From positions 54,258 to 118,257 of the forward strand of contig CAMYUL010000001.1 of assembly GCA_947302125.1 (NCBI GenBank): a stretch of DNA of 64,000 nucleotides, in the 5' to 3' direction. The position numbers and the translations under genes are program-made. The notes beneath the pieces were generated by a model. The model made no database searches, was not told the DNA's origin, and worked only from the letters and a program-made list of their open reading frames with translations. Of the stretch, positions 9,379-19,440 are shown piece by piece. This stretch comes from an uncultured Candidatus Saccharibacteria bacterium (GTDB taxonomy: Bacteria; Patescibacteriota; Saccharimonadia; Saccharimonadales; Saccharimonadaceae). The first letter of the stretch is position 1. Each line of letters starts with the position of its first letter.

Positions 9379-11100
9379 CTATAAATTAATCTGTGGTGGA
9401 TAGGCGTAGGTATATAGACTTGATGAATACTCTGATAAGCTATATGAGTGTGCTCCAGTCCAGCTAAAGCCCATGGAACATCCAGCTTCACCAATGATGA
9501 TCTCATTCCTTTCCTTGTTAATACCTAGAACAACTCCGGTATGACCACACAATTTGCCATCGGCGCAGACTGTTTTGCCTTTTGGTACACTAAAAACGGC
9601 ATAGACTTGTGGGGTATGTCCACCCGGCTTCCAGCCGTAATTACTGACTAAGCGGCTAGCAACATCTTTACCATTGCCTATGTTAGATGCCTTGGTGCCA
9701 GTATAAGTGTAAACGAACCATTTTACGAAGGAGACACAGTTTTCGAGATCACTACCCGTACAGTTATTAGAAGTAATTCCGTATTTTTTAAGATCAGGGT
9801 TTTGGGAAACTTCGCGTGGGCTAATACTACGATAAGCCGCCATAACACTACTATTAGCTTCAGACAACGTGAATCCGCCGGACTTAAGATTAGCTATGTT
9901 GACCTCATCACATAAGCCACTTTCTCCAGGCGTAAGGCCGGTGAAATTATTGGCATAGCTTGTTCTAGTACTGACAACCATCTCGCTTTGGTCTTGCGGG
10001 GCTTCATATTTTTTAAGAACAAGCTCTGTCGCGCTGCGTAAATCTAATCCGTTGAGTGTTGCTGGTGATAGACTGTAGTCAACGAGTTCTTTATAAAGAT
10101 ATTTAACCTGGACAGTGAGGGAGGAAACTGGTAGGCCTAGGCTATCTGCGAAAGCTTGTAAGCCTTCAACGCGGCCAGAGGAAGTCCATTGGGCGATTCC
10201 AAACCCGCCAGAGTATGTCTTAGACCCATTCTTATATGCGACAAAGCCTCCATCGACGAGATACCCAGGATAATCCTTATTGGCGGAAATTTTCTCTAGC
10301 TGGCGTGGCTCGAGGTGGCTCTCTGCGTAGAGATTGCCCATAATTGCAGCGGCGGCCGTGGCGGAGTATCCTTGGCTGGTAAGGAATTGGAATATGGTAG
10401 AAGCGCTCTCGCCGGTATCTAAGACTAGAGGATCACAATTGCCATTTCTAAACCTGGAATTACAAAGGCTTTGAATGCTAGCTTTTTGCCCTTCTACGGC
10501 GGAGGAGATCATATTGGTGAGGGCTTCGGCGCCTTCGTCATTAAGGCGGCCGAAGAGTCCGTAGAAATCGGAGTTAGCTATAGATGCCCAGTCTAGAATA
10601 TGGAAATTGTCAAATCTTTCGACGGAGCCGTAAATGAGGTCGTTGGCATCGGGATTTTTAGGGTCGTAAAGACTCATGATAAGAACTTGAACATTAGGAC
10701 CGACGGCGGTATGGAGGGAGTTGATGTCGTTTTCGGATAGATCGGCGTCGTCTGTGCCAAGGAGCCAGACAAGAATGTTGGCGTCGGTGCCGCCGCTTAA
10801 GGCGTTGAGGCCGTCACTCCAAGACATGCCACGCTCGGCACTAATTGTGGCATTTGGCAATGCTTCTTCTAGATTTGGGACGGCTTTGACTGCGAGATTA
10901 TCGCCAATAACTTCTACAGCAGCGTCACAGTCTTCGTCTGGATTCCAGAAAAAGCTATTAGCTGCCTTCATCCGAGTGCGAAGGAAATGTGGTATGTCGG
11001 CAAAAGCTTGAGTTGGGCCGGTGACAAGTAGCAAGAGCGAGAAAAAGAGGGGCAAAAAACCAAAGTATAGGCGTTTTTTATGACCTCCAAAATGCACCAT
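9379..11100 (-). CDS. Secreted peptidoglycan hydrolase: degenerate SGNH-like domain + phage-tail-lysozyme-like domain + CHAP domain
   Basis: Signal peptide; AAAAIMGNLYAES..GFGIAQWT (tail lysozyme-like); NCVSFV..GNGKD..GHTGVV..IIIGEA (CHAP Cys/His). Confidence 0.8.
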   Translation of the reverse strand: MVHFGGHKKRLYFGFLPLFFSLLLLVTGPTQAFADIPHFLRTRMKAANSFFWNPDEDCDAAVEVIGDNLAVKAVPNLEEALPNATISAERGMSWSDGLNALSGGTDANILVWLLGTDDADLSENDINSLHTAVGPNVQVLIMSLYDPKNPDANDLIYGSVERFDNFHILDWASIANSDFYGLFGRLNDEGAEALTNMISSAVEGQKASIQSLCNSRFRNGNCDPLVLDTGESASTIFQFLTSQGYSATAAAAIMGNLYAESHLEPRQLEKISANKDYPGYLVDGGFVAYKNGSKTYSGGFGIAQWTSSGRVEGLQAFADSLGLPVSSLTVQVKYLYKELVDYSLSPATLNGLDLRSATELVLKKYEAPQDQSEMVVSTRTSYANNFTGLTPGESGLCDEVNIANLKSGGFTLSEANSSVMAAYRSISPREVSQNPDLKKYGITSNNCTGSDLENCVSFVKWFVYTYTGTKASNIGNGKDVASRLVSNYGWKPGGHTPQVYAVFSVPKGKTVCADGKLCGHTGVVLGINKERNEIIIGEAGCSMGFSWTGAHSYSLSEYSSSLYTYAYPPQINL

Positions 11101-11125
11101 ATAATATATATTATAGCATAAGAAT

Positions 11126-11776
11126 TTAGTTTAGAGGAACAATCGGAGTGTATTCATAGAGGATCTCGTAGTCTGTAGGGTTGATTCCCTTTTCGAGTAA
11201 AAGCTCCTTAGCGATATCGAAATTGCCGCCAGTAGAATCGGTGACCTTGAGGCAGAAATCAGAGTGGCAGCCTTCAAATTTGCCGCCGTCAATGCGGAAC
11301 TCAGTGTAATTATATTTTTCATCATATTCGGCAAAGATAATAGGCAGCAGGGTTGTAATTGGGAATTTTTGGCTGTAAGCTTCGGCTCTAGCAGCAGCTT
11401 CACGGGAGCCGATTGCTGACATAATTACGTCGTCTTCTTGGTGTGTCTCATACCAAGAAAAAGTGCCGTCCTGTTGCAATAAGTAGGCGTAAAGACGATC
11501 ATTCTTAATGGTGTCAAAAGTGAAGGTCTGGGTAATAAAGTTTGGCTTTTCGATGCGGACGGTAAGTTCTCCAGCTGGTAAACGGTAAGTTCCGTTTTCA
11601 TAAGTCTTGCCATCGATGGTTACTGTTGCGGAAGTTGGAGCTACTAGGATCTCAACTTCGCGGGTATTTGATTGGGAGATGATGGCGAAGAGGATAACGA
11701 CGACTGTAATGAGCGCAAAAAGGATTAAAGCTAAACGAATGAGCTTGTTAGTTGAAGTATTTTTAAGCATTGCCAC
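11126..11776 (-). CDS. Membrane-anchored PEGA-like domain protein
   Basis: N-terminal TM; VAPTSATVTIDGK..LPAGELTVRIEKPNF PEGA-like pattern. Confidence 0.7.
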   Translation of the reverse strand: MAMLKNTSTNKLIRLALILFALITVVVILFAIISQSNTREVEILVAPTSATVTIDGKTYENGTYRLPAGELTVRIEKPNFITQTFTFDTIKNDRLYAYLLQQDGTFSWYETHQEDDVIMSAIGSREAAARAEAYSQKFPITTLLPIIFAEYDEKYNYTEFRIDGGKFEGCHSDFCLKVTDSTGGNFDIAKELLLEKGINPTDYEILYEYTPIVPLN

Positions 11777-12932
11777 CTCCTATTAGTCTAAAGATACGGT
11801 ATGAACCGTCGGAATAATAACTAATGCCATGGTCGGCGGTGCGATCGCCGTGGGAGGCTGAAGCAATCTTGCTGGCTTGGCCGTCTTGGACGTAGATTTC
11901 GACGTGGCTAGCCTTGACTCTAATGTCGCCAGGGCGGAGATTGGAAGGATTGCCAATATTAGGAATTTCTTGGTATTTGCCGGAAGTGGCGAAGTAATGC
12001 ATCATTCTGGCAGCGCCGCAACACGGAACGTTAGGATCGGCTCCAGAATAGCGGAGGACGGTGGCAACAAAAGCGTCACAGCTAGCGCCGATTTGGACGT
12101 ATTTGTCGCCATAGTTGGTGAGTCCAACTTGGGCTAAAGCAGCGGAGTATTCTGGTTTTGGATCATTGAGGCTATGCGAACGATCGGCCCAGGAAAGTGC
12201 AAGGGCGGTGGCGTTGATATCGCCATTGCCATAAGTGTTTGGCCCGCAGCTGTTGAGGGAGAAGGACGTGTTAATGGTGCCAGCTACATTGCCTTCGGAA
12301 GAAGTCTGCCAACCTTTTTCTTTAGCGCGATTGACGATAGCAGAAATATAGGAACTGACCTTCGGAACGTAATATGGGTCGGTGGCGTAGCCGGCGGATT
12401 TTATTGCAGTGATGTAGCCATATGGATCGCCGGCATAATTAAAGGCGCCAGCTTTTTTGTAACGAGAGTTTTCCTCGATGAATCTGTAGTAGCCTTCCCA
12501 ACCGTCGGCTGGAGAGTTATAAGAATAGGCCTTATTATATGGGTCACTATCAACTGCGCCGATGCCGAAGAAGTTATTCTTGTCTTGTGCGATGTGGCTA
12601 GTGCCAGATGCGGATTCGAGGATGCCTTGGGCCATGACAGCTTCCCATGGAATATTATGCTTGGCGCTGAGGGTGGTGGCGATGTCGTGGTAGGTATCAA
12701 TAAAGGCAGACTGAAGGCTAGTAAGACCGGCAGTAGTGACTCCGTCGTATGAGCCAAGGCCTGGGAAACAACTATCAGCAAAGCCGTAAGGGTTGTAATG
12801 ATAAGTGCCGTTTTTGTCCATATAGTCTAGGACGGTGTCCGGGAGAGATTTAGAAAATGAAAAAGCCGAAGCATTAGGCGCGATAATAAGGGCTAAGGTA
12901 AAGATTGCGATGAGGATTCTTTTTAGGCGCAT
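11763..12932 (-). CDS. Secreted peptidoglycan hydrolase: GH73 glucosaminidase + NlpC/P60-like peptidase
   Basis: AQGILESASG..NNFFGI..GYATDPYY (GH73); SCDAFV..PGDI..HVEIY (NlpC/P60-like). Confidence 0.85.
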   Translation of the reverse strand: MRLKRILIAIFTLALIIAPNASAFSFSKSLPDTVLDYMDKNGTYHYNPYGFADSCFPGLGSYDGVTTAGLTSLQSAFIDTYHDIATTLSAKHNIPWEAVMAQGILESASGTSHIAQDKNNFFGIGAVDSDPYNKAYSYNSPADGWEGYYRFIEENSRYKKAGAFNYAGDPYGYITAIKSAGYATDPYYVPKVSSYISAIVNRAKEKGWQTSSEGNVAGTINTSFSLNSCGPNTYGNGDINATALALSWADRSHSLNDPKPEYSAALAQVGLTNYGDKYVQIGASCDAFVATVLRYSGADPNVPCCGAARMMHYFATSGKYQEIPNIGNPSNLRPGDIRVKASHVEIYVQDGQASKIASASHGDRTADHGISYYSDGSYRIFRLIGGGNA

Positions 12933-15538
12933 GTTTCCTCCTGACGACGAGGGCTGTCTATTGACTTGCGAGTGGCACTAGCTGCTACGAGTGACGAACT
13001 GTACTGGTCTTTAGAGTCGGTAAAGTTGATAGGTGTATCTTCGTCGTTGGTAAAGTTATAAGCGAGAGAGGCGTCATAGTTGTCAAGTTTCTGATAATAA
13101 TCAGCAAGAGCGAGGACGCCTTCGGCATCGTCTTTGGAGAGGCCGGAGATGCGAGCGAGGTAGCCAGCGCGAGAGTTATCAAGAGGATGTTCTTTCTCGT
13201 ATTCGGTCTGGAAGACGGCGACTGGGCTCTCTCCATTGTCGTAGAATCCGAGATTGGTTTTTACGCGATTGGTAAGAACGTATAGCTGATGGTATTTTTC
13301 AATGCTCCAGGCTGGATTGTCGTCTGAATCAACATAGCGGGAGCCATCGGCGACGGATTCGCAGTAATCTGAGGCAGGCTTAACCATGTCAGCAATGTTG
13401 GATAAGAGCGGAATATATCCGAAACGGTGCTCGCAAGCGTCGGCAATGCCGGCATCCTTGATGCCTGGCATAGAATAACGGCCCATCCAGAAAGTGATGT
13501 AGTCGGCTAACGGTGAGTTTGGAATAATAGTTTCGTGTCCATCTGCATCATATTCGATACTCTCGGAAATAACTTCTAAGTATTCTGGGTCATCAGTAGA
13601 AAGATCTAGTGTGGAAAGATCGTGGGTGGCAATGGCCTTACAATAAAGGTTGCCGGAAGCACCAATCTCGGCAAGCTTGTCGCAGTAATTGCCGAAGCTG
13701 GTCATAAAGGAAGTGCCTTCGCCGTCAGCGTAAGCGGGGTTGAGTGAGGCGATTGAGGAATTGACGGTTGAGGCTAGAGTGGAAAGCGGAGCGGAGATAG
13801 TCGCGGAGGTGGTAGCGAGAGGAAGGAAGGAAGCGGTGAGGCTGCCTAAGAAAGTATTCTTATTAGTGGCGTCGAATGGGCTATGATTCTTGCGGTCGAT
13901 TTCTGCGGTTTGGGCAATTATCTGGTTGTTAACACGGTTGTAGGCAAGAACTTGGTCTCTTGAGGCGGTGGATGCACCAGAGTTTTGTTGGGCGGAAAGC
14001 TGGTTGGCATTAGCTGCGCCCATAGCAAATGCTTCCCCACCGGCAACACCAACGGTATTTTCGAATGGGTTTTCAAACATAACATCTGCGATAGTTGGGA
14101 CAAGAAGGCCTAAGACTGAAGAGGCGATAATTTGAACGCCGGCACCAAGAGTGTAATGAAGTAAGAGCCCGATCGAAGCCTTAATTAGCGGACCACCAGG
14201 TACGCCAAGAGCGGCGAGGCTGATGACGGCCCCAGCGGCTTTTTCTACTTTGCAGGCTTCGGTAGTGAGGCCGGAATTTTCGATACTTCTATCGGTAGAA
14301 GTAAAGGAGCGCTCGAGGGAGTATTTTCTAGTGTTATTAGAATTAGCAGTGAGTCCACCAAGAACGACACGCATACCTTCGCTCTCTAATGGCGAGCCGG
14401 TGACCTCGACTTTTTCGCCAGTTTCTGCATCATAGACTGTGGCGGTGGCGGTCTTAGTAAACCAGTTTAGGACGGAGTTAATGGCGGAGCCATCATTATT
14501 GATGTAGCGAGATTTGCTAATAGGCTCCATTTTAGTCATGTATTCGTGGATGGCGGTGTAATTATTATTGGCGGAAACGGCGGTAGCGACGATGTTGCCA
14601 ATTTGGAGAGCGGCACATCCGGGGGTGTCTGCTGTAACTTTTTCGCCGACAGAATCAAGGTAGGCCTTGGCGCGATCTTCCGTGGAGTCGCCTTCTCCGG
14701 CGCTAACGCCAACGGTTTCTCCGGTGGAAACGTATTTTATAACCTCGTTTCCCTCTTCATCTTCTTCAATGGTTTCTTCGGCGGTGTCAACATCGACGTT
14801 TGGGCTGCCGCTAAAGTAATTAGTCATCTTATTATTATAGTAAGCTGTGTCGGTGTTGTTATCTCCTGACGGTGTATCGTCATGGAAAACGTCGCGAGAA
14901 AGACCGAGTTTTTCATAAAATTTTTCGGCGGCAGAGTCAAAGAACATAGCAATGCGGCCACGACGAGCATACGTAATAGCTTCTCTGAAATAGACATCAG
15001 AGTCGTAGAGGTTTAAGTAGTTGTCGGCAGTAATAGTTTTGCCGTCATATTCCCAAGTAGTGTCATTTATGACCTTGATGTCATTTTGAGTGAGGCGGTC
15101 TCTGAAATAGTCGGGCATTTCGAGCTTGCCATTTAGAATTTCAAGAATAATTTCGTTGCTTCTAATGGAATAAGCGGTGTAGTCGGTGCTAGTAGCTTCG
15201 GTGAAAAGAGATTCTAGGTGTGGGCCAAGAAAAGAGTTGGAGCCGAAAATGACGAAGAGGCCAATTAGGAGAATACCAATAATACCGAGCGCAAAAGACG
15301 ATTTAAGAAGGCGGCTTTTGGCTTTTTTAGATTTTTTGGAAGGGCTATTGGCGGCGTGAGCTGAGGATCTGGAGAAGAGAGAAGTTTTTTCGGATTTTTC
15401 TGGAGAATAGAGACCATTTGATTCGGATTTTTCAGTGTTTTTTGTGGGTGTGTTATCAGGGTTTTCTTCAAGATTTTTGACAGCCAAAAAGTCCGGCTTG
15501 ATGTCGTTTTCGCCGAAGTATTTTTGGCCTTTGTCCAT
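12923..15538 (-). CDS. Large membrane protein of the T4SS-like locus, function unknown
   Basis: Long ORF with TM segments; start moved to ATG 15538, just after TGTTATAAT. Confidence 0.75.
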   Translation of the reverse strand: MDKGQKYFGENDIKPDFLAVKNLEENPDNTPTKNTEKSESNGLYSPEKSEKTSLFSRSSAHAANSPSKKSKKAKSRLLKSSFALGIIGILLIGLFVIFGSNSFLGPHLESLFTEATSTDYTAYSIRSNEIILEILNGKLEMPDYFRDRLTQNDIKVINDTTWEYDGKTITADNYLNLYDSDVYFREAITYARRGRIAMFFDSAAEKFYEKLGLSRDVFHDDTPSGDNNTDTAYYNNKMTNYFSGSPNVDVDTAEETIEEDEEGNEVIKYVSTGETVGVSAGEGDSTEDRAKAYLDSVGEKVTADTPGCAALQIGNIVATAVSANNNYTAIHEYMTKMEPISKSRYINNDGSAINSVLNWFTKTATATVYDAETGEKVEVTGSPLESEGMRVVLGGLTANSNNTRKYSLERSFTSTDRSIENSGLTTEACKVEKAAGAVISLAALGVPGGPLIKASIGLLLHYTLGAGVQIIASSVLGLLVPTIADVMFENPFENTVGVAGGEAFAMGAANANQLSAQQNSGASTASRDQVLAYNRVNNQIIAQTAEIDRKNHSPFDATNKNTFLGSLTASFLPLATTSATISAPLSTLASTVNSSIASLNPAYADGEGTSFMTSFGNYCDKLAEIGASGNLYCKAIATHDLSTLDLSTDDPEYLEVISESIEYDADGHETIIPNSPLADYITFWMGRYSMPGIKDAGIADACEHRFGYIPLLSNIADMVKPASDYCESVADGSRYVDSDDNPAWSIEKYHQLYVLTNRVKTNLGFYDNGESPVAVFQTEYEKEHPLDNSRAGYLARISGLSKDDAEGVLALADYYQKLDNYDASLAYNFTNDEDTPINFTDSKDQYSSSLVAASATRKSIDSPRRQEETCA

Positions 15539-15576
15539 GGTTATATTATAACACAAAAGGGGTGATTACTCAACGG

Positions 15577-17442
15577 CTATTGGATGTTTTTGTCTTGTTG
15601 GACGGGGTTGGTGGTGATGAGGGACTCTTCGGTGTCGGAGGCAATAACTTGGATGTGGACGTGGTTTTGGCCGGCAAAGAAGAGACCTTGGCCGACTGGG
15701 AAGTTGGAAAGGCGCTTCTTTTCCTCATTAGTAAGTTTGAAGACGTCGGAAAGGACATCGACGGCGGAGCTGGATTGCTTTAAGAGAAGCTGCATAGAAG
15801 AGTTGTTGACGATAGCGCGGCCCATTTTGCTGCTCATAAAGTCCTCAACGTCCTGAGTAATGGTGGTAAGACCAAGGTAATATTTACGAGCACGCTTAGC
15901 GAGGCTGAAGAGGAAGTTGGCGGAATCTTCGTATTGCATGAGCTGCCAGGCCTCATCAACGATAAGAAGGCGACGCTTTTGCTCGGCGCGGACAACGTTC
16001 CAAATGTGAGACAAGACAATATACATAGCAACTGGGCGGAGCTCGTCTTCTAGGTCGCGGATATTGAAGACGACCATTTGGTTATTAATATTAACGTTGG
16101 ATTGCTGAGAGAAGATGCCGGCGAAGGTGCCAGTGGTGTACTTTCTGAGGCGTTGCGCGAGGTTTGGACCGGAGCCACCCATGTGAAGGAGGGTGTCGTA
16201 AAGATTCAAAATGGTTGGTGGAGTGGACTGGTGAGTGAGAGGGTCGGAAGTAATGCCGGCGCGAGCGTAGGTATCGATTAAGGCCTGATCGAGATCGGCT
16301 TCCTCGTTTGGAGTAAGACCAGGAGCGGCCATGGAAGCTGCACCACCAGATGACTGAGCGGCTTGCTGAGCGGCACCGCCGAGCATTAAGCGGAAGAGGC
16401 CGTGAAGAGTAACGAGATTAGCGCGAAGGGCGTCGTTGGCATCTTCGGCATCGACGACTTTTGGAAGGTCGAATGGATTAATGCGGATGTCAGAGTTGAG
16501 GCTGAGGCGAATATAGGAGCCGCCGACGGCGTCACAGAGACGCTGATACTCGTTTTCTGGGTCGATAATTAAGATCTCTGAACCGGTCATCATGGAGCGT
16601 AAAGCTTCGAGCTTGACGGTGAAGGATTTACCTGCACCAGATTTAGCAAAGACGACCATGTTGGCATTTTCTAGAGAGAACCTGTCGAAAATGACGAGAC
16701 CGTAGTTGTGCATATTGATACCATATAATATACCTTTTTCCTGGGTGAGGTCGGCGGAAGTGAATGGGAAGCTGGTAGAAATGGCGCCGGTGTTCATGTT
16801 GCGGCGAATGAGAAGCTGGTCGGTACATTGTGGCATAGTGGAATTCATACCCTGTTCTTGCTGGGAGCTAGCGACCTTAGAAAAGACCATTTGTTGACCA
16901 AAGAGAGTTTCGATTTTTCTTTGGACGAAACCGAGTTCCTCAAGGCTGTCGGCCCAAAGGGTGACATAAAGACCAAAACGGAAGAATTTTTCCTGGCCGA
17001 CTTGGAGCTGGTCGCGGAGTTCCTCAGCGTCGGAGAGAGCAGCTTCTAGCTCTGGGTCACGAATCTTGCCGCGTTCGGAGTTGACTGCAGCGGAAGCCTC
17101 AAGCTGAGTCACTTTCTTCTGAAGGTTTTTCATGACGACGGCAGTTTCTACTGGATAGACGTACATGGAAATATCGAGAACTTCGTCAATATTAATTAAT
17201 GGAGAAAGCCAGCCGGTGATGAGAGTACGAGGATAACCGTAGACGTAGAGAGTGCGGCCATATTTAGTGCCGAGGCGGAAATAATCAGAATGGATTTCGA
17301 TGCTGGAAGGAGAAATGAGATCGCGGAGGGTGGTAATGCCCTGCTCAAAAGCGCGCTGGATTTCTGCTTCTTCCATAGCCTGAGCTTGAGCAGCGATTTG
17401 AGAAGCGGAAAGCTGCTTGTCCTTCTTGTCTTTTCTACTCAT
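15577..17442 (-). CDS. VirB4-like type IV secretion ATPase
   Basis: FAKSGAGKSF Walker A, IIDPENEY, INPFDL, LIVDEAW Walker B, KRARKY..ITQ. Confidence 0.9.
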   Translation of the reverse strand: MSRKDKKDKQLSASQIAAQAQAMEEAEIQRAFEQGITTLRDLISPSSIEIHSDYFRLGTKYGRTLYVYGYPRTLITGWLSPLINIDEVLDISMYVYPVETAVVMKNLQKKVTQLEASAAVNSERGKIRDPELEAALSDAEELRDQLQVGQEKFFRFGLYVTLWADSLEELGFVQRKIETLFGQQMVFSKVASSQQEQGMNSTMPQCTDQLLIRRNMNTGAISTSFPFTSADLTQEKGILYGINMHNYGLVIFDRFSLENANMVVFAKSGAGKSFTVKLEALRSMMTGSEILIIDPENEYQRLCDAVGGSYIRLSLNSDIRINPFDLPKVVDAEDANDALRANLVTLHGLFRLMLGGAAQQAAQSSGGAASMAAPGLTPNEEADLDQALIDTYARAGITSDPLTHQSTPPTILNLYDTLLHMGGSGPNLAQRLRKYTTGTFAGIFSQQSNVNINNQMVVFNIRDLEDELRPVAMYIVLSHIWNVVRAEQKRRLLIVDEAWQLMQYEDSANFLFSLAKRARKYYLGLTTITQDVEDFMSSKMGRAIVNNSSMQLLLKQSSSAVDVLSDVFKLTNEEKKRLSNFPVGQGLFFAGQNHVHIQVIASDTEESLITTNPVQQDKNIQ

Positions 17443-18445
17443 TGTTTGGTTCTCCTTTCTTGACGTAAGTTGTGGCTAGTTTGGTAAAGTCGACGAGCGG
17501 TTCCCTAACGGCGGTGTCAGGGTTGTTGAAGTTGTAATACAAAGCGCCAAGCTCACGAGTGTTTAAGCGAACGCTTCTGACGCCGATGTTGAAGAGGCCG
17601 GAAATGACGGTTTCCACGCGGTTGTTAATCTCGGTAATAGCTTTGTCGTAAGTGGCACGGTCGATCTTGGTGACTTCTGGAGTCTTGGACTTGGAAGAAA
17701 GGCCGGAGAAGAAATTGCGAGTTTGGGTGAGAACCTTTTCAGCCTCGGCGGAAGTGTAATAAGGAATGATAATAAAGAAGGACTTGTCCATAATATTGGC
17801 TTCCTGAGAAAGGCGGTCAATGAAGTCGATATAATCATCCATGAGGACGCCAAGAAGCATGTTGTCGTTATTTTTTCTAATTTCAGTGAGACGCTCAATG
17901 TATGGGCCGATGTCGACGCGCTGGGAGCGGATAAGAATTTGAGTAGTGAAGTTAAGGGAGTTTAGAAAGTCTTGGTAAGAGAACTCGACGGCTTCGCGTT
18001 CGGCTTCGGACATGAGATCGAAGTTAATAGATTGGCAAGCGACGACAGCACGGAAGGAGCCATCCTTCATAATGACGAGACCGTCGCGGAGCTCGGAGAT
18101 TTGGAGAGTAGACTGAGTGGAGATTGGATCGTCTGGAGTGACGTTTCTAGGGACTTGATTTTGTGCGGCCTGAGGATTCTGTGGGGCAGCCATAGCATTG
18201 CCAATTGGAGAGAGAGGTTTGGCGTCGGCTGACATATTCATTGAAGTAGGCTGAACCATAGCCGGGCTGGCTGGTTGAGCTGGTTGAGCTGGTTGAGCTG
18301 GGGCTGGTTGGGCGCTGGTTGGTGGCATTGGCATACTAGCAGCAGTAGCTGGTGCTGGAGCTGCTGGTGGCACTGCGGTTGGCGCGCCGGTAGTGTAGGG
18401 GTTGTATGCTTGTGGCATTCCCTGGGGTTGGTTTTGTGGATTCAT
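17435..18445 (-). CDS. T4SS-associated protein (VirB4 N-terminal/TraC-like) with Pro/Gln-rich N-terminus
   Basis: STQSTLQISELRDGLVIMKDGSFRAV..INFDLMSEAE..FLNSL; overlaps the virB4-like start. Confidence 0.7.
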   Translation of the reverse strand: MNPQNQPQGMPQAYNPYTTGAPTAVPPAAPAPATAASMPMPPTSAQPAPAQPAQPAQPASPAMVQPTSMNMSADAKPLSPIGNAMAAPQNPQAAQNQVPRNVTPDDPISTQSTLQISELRDGLVIMKDGSFRAVVACQSINFDLMSEAEREAVEFSYQDFLNSLNFTTQILIRSQRVDIGPYIERLTEIRKNNDNMLLGVLMDDYIDFIDRLSQEANIMDKSFFIIIPYYTSAEAEKVLTQTRNFFSGLSSKSKTPEVTKIDRATYDKAITEINNRVETVISGLFNIGVRSVRLNTRELGALYYNFNNPDTAVREPLVDFTKLATTYVKKGEPNNE

Positions 18446-18456
18446 TTTTTCTCTCC

Positions 18457-19377
18457 TTATCCTCTCCGATTATTGTTTTCCATACGTGCAGCCTCTTTGG
18501 ACAGAGTGGCGACAGTGTAATCATTAATATTCGCTAGGTTATTTAGTGCGGCGGACGGTCGCGCAGGTGTAGCAGGCTGTTGGATGGCCTGAACTGGTTG
18601 AGCGCCCATCATGGTAGGCTGGGTAGACTGCATATTAGCTGGGAAAGTCTGGCCCGGATATTGTGGAGTAAGAGTAGTTGTAGGGGCGGCCATGGCGGCT
18701 GGGTTGACAGCGGAAGCGCTAGAAATAGGGTTGATAGTGGTGCCAGAAAATTGTGGATAGTCGCCAGTAGGCTCCTCGGCGGCTTCGGTTTTGCTAATAG
18801 CGGAACGCATCTGATTGAGCATTTCTTGATGGCGGTCATTTTGCTGTTTTGCAAGCATCTCATTAATGACTGGTGAGGCTTCTACGTCCATAACATCTGG
18901 GGTAGCATTGGCTTCTTCGACAAATTCTTCGCGGAAAGCAACATTGTTCAAGCCACCGCGGACGGCGTAGCCTTCAGTATCAATAACATTGGCAAGGAAG
19001 TCGATACGGTTCCCTGCTTCTTCTTCGGTGATGTTGCGAGTGCGAGGCTCTTCGGATTTCTTTGGGGCGGTGATTAAGATGGTGGACTCTCTCTGCCCAG
19101 GATTCCAAAAACGTTTGTTTGGCTTGAGGCGGAAAGAAATAACCGCGGCAAGGTAGGTTTCCATTGGCTGATCCTTTTTGAGAGGGAGAGCTAGGACGGC
19201 AAAAAAGATAATAAATGGAACGGCGAAGAGGGCGAGCGCCCAGAAGATTTGAAATAATGCAAAAGCAAGGCCAACAAATCCACCCATGATCATGAGATAG
19301 ACGAACTGGCGAAAGGTGAACGGGCCGAGGAGTTTGTCGTCTGCCTCGACATCTTGTGGTACCTTGTATTGTGCCAT
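18457..19377 (-). CDS. PrgI family (VirB3-like) membrane protein
   Basis: MAQYKVPQDVEADDKLLGPFTFRQF followed by two TMs. Confidence 0.85.
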   Translation of the reverse strand: MAQYKVPQDVEADDKLLGPFTFRQFVYLMIMGGFVGLAFALFQIFWALALFAVPFIIFFAVLALPLKKDQPMETYLAAVISFRLKPNKRFWNPGQRESTILITAPKKSEEPRTRNITEEEAGNRIDFLANVIDTEGYAVRGGLNNVAFREEFVEEANATPDVMDVEASPVINEMLAKQQNDRHQEMLNQMRSAISKTEAAEEPTGDYPQFSGTTINPISSASAVNPAAMAAPTTTLTPQYPGQTFPANMQSTQPTMMGAQPVQAIQQPATPARPSAALNNLANINDYTVATLSKEAARMENNNRRG

Positions 19378-19440
19378 GTAGTTTTATTTTAGCATAAAAA
19401 GTATGGATTTTCTAGAGATTTTCGAGAATATTTATGGAAA

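Noticed and set aside
9379..11100. Prophage suggested by the phage-tail-lysozyme-like domain
   Set aside because: No capsid, terminase, portal or integrase genes; the context is the T4SS-like locus.
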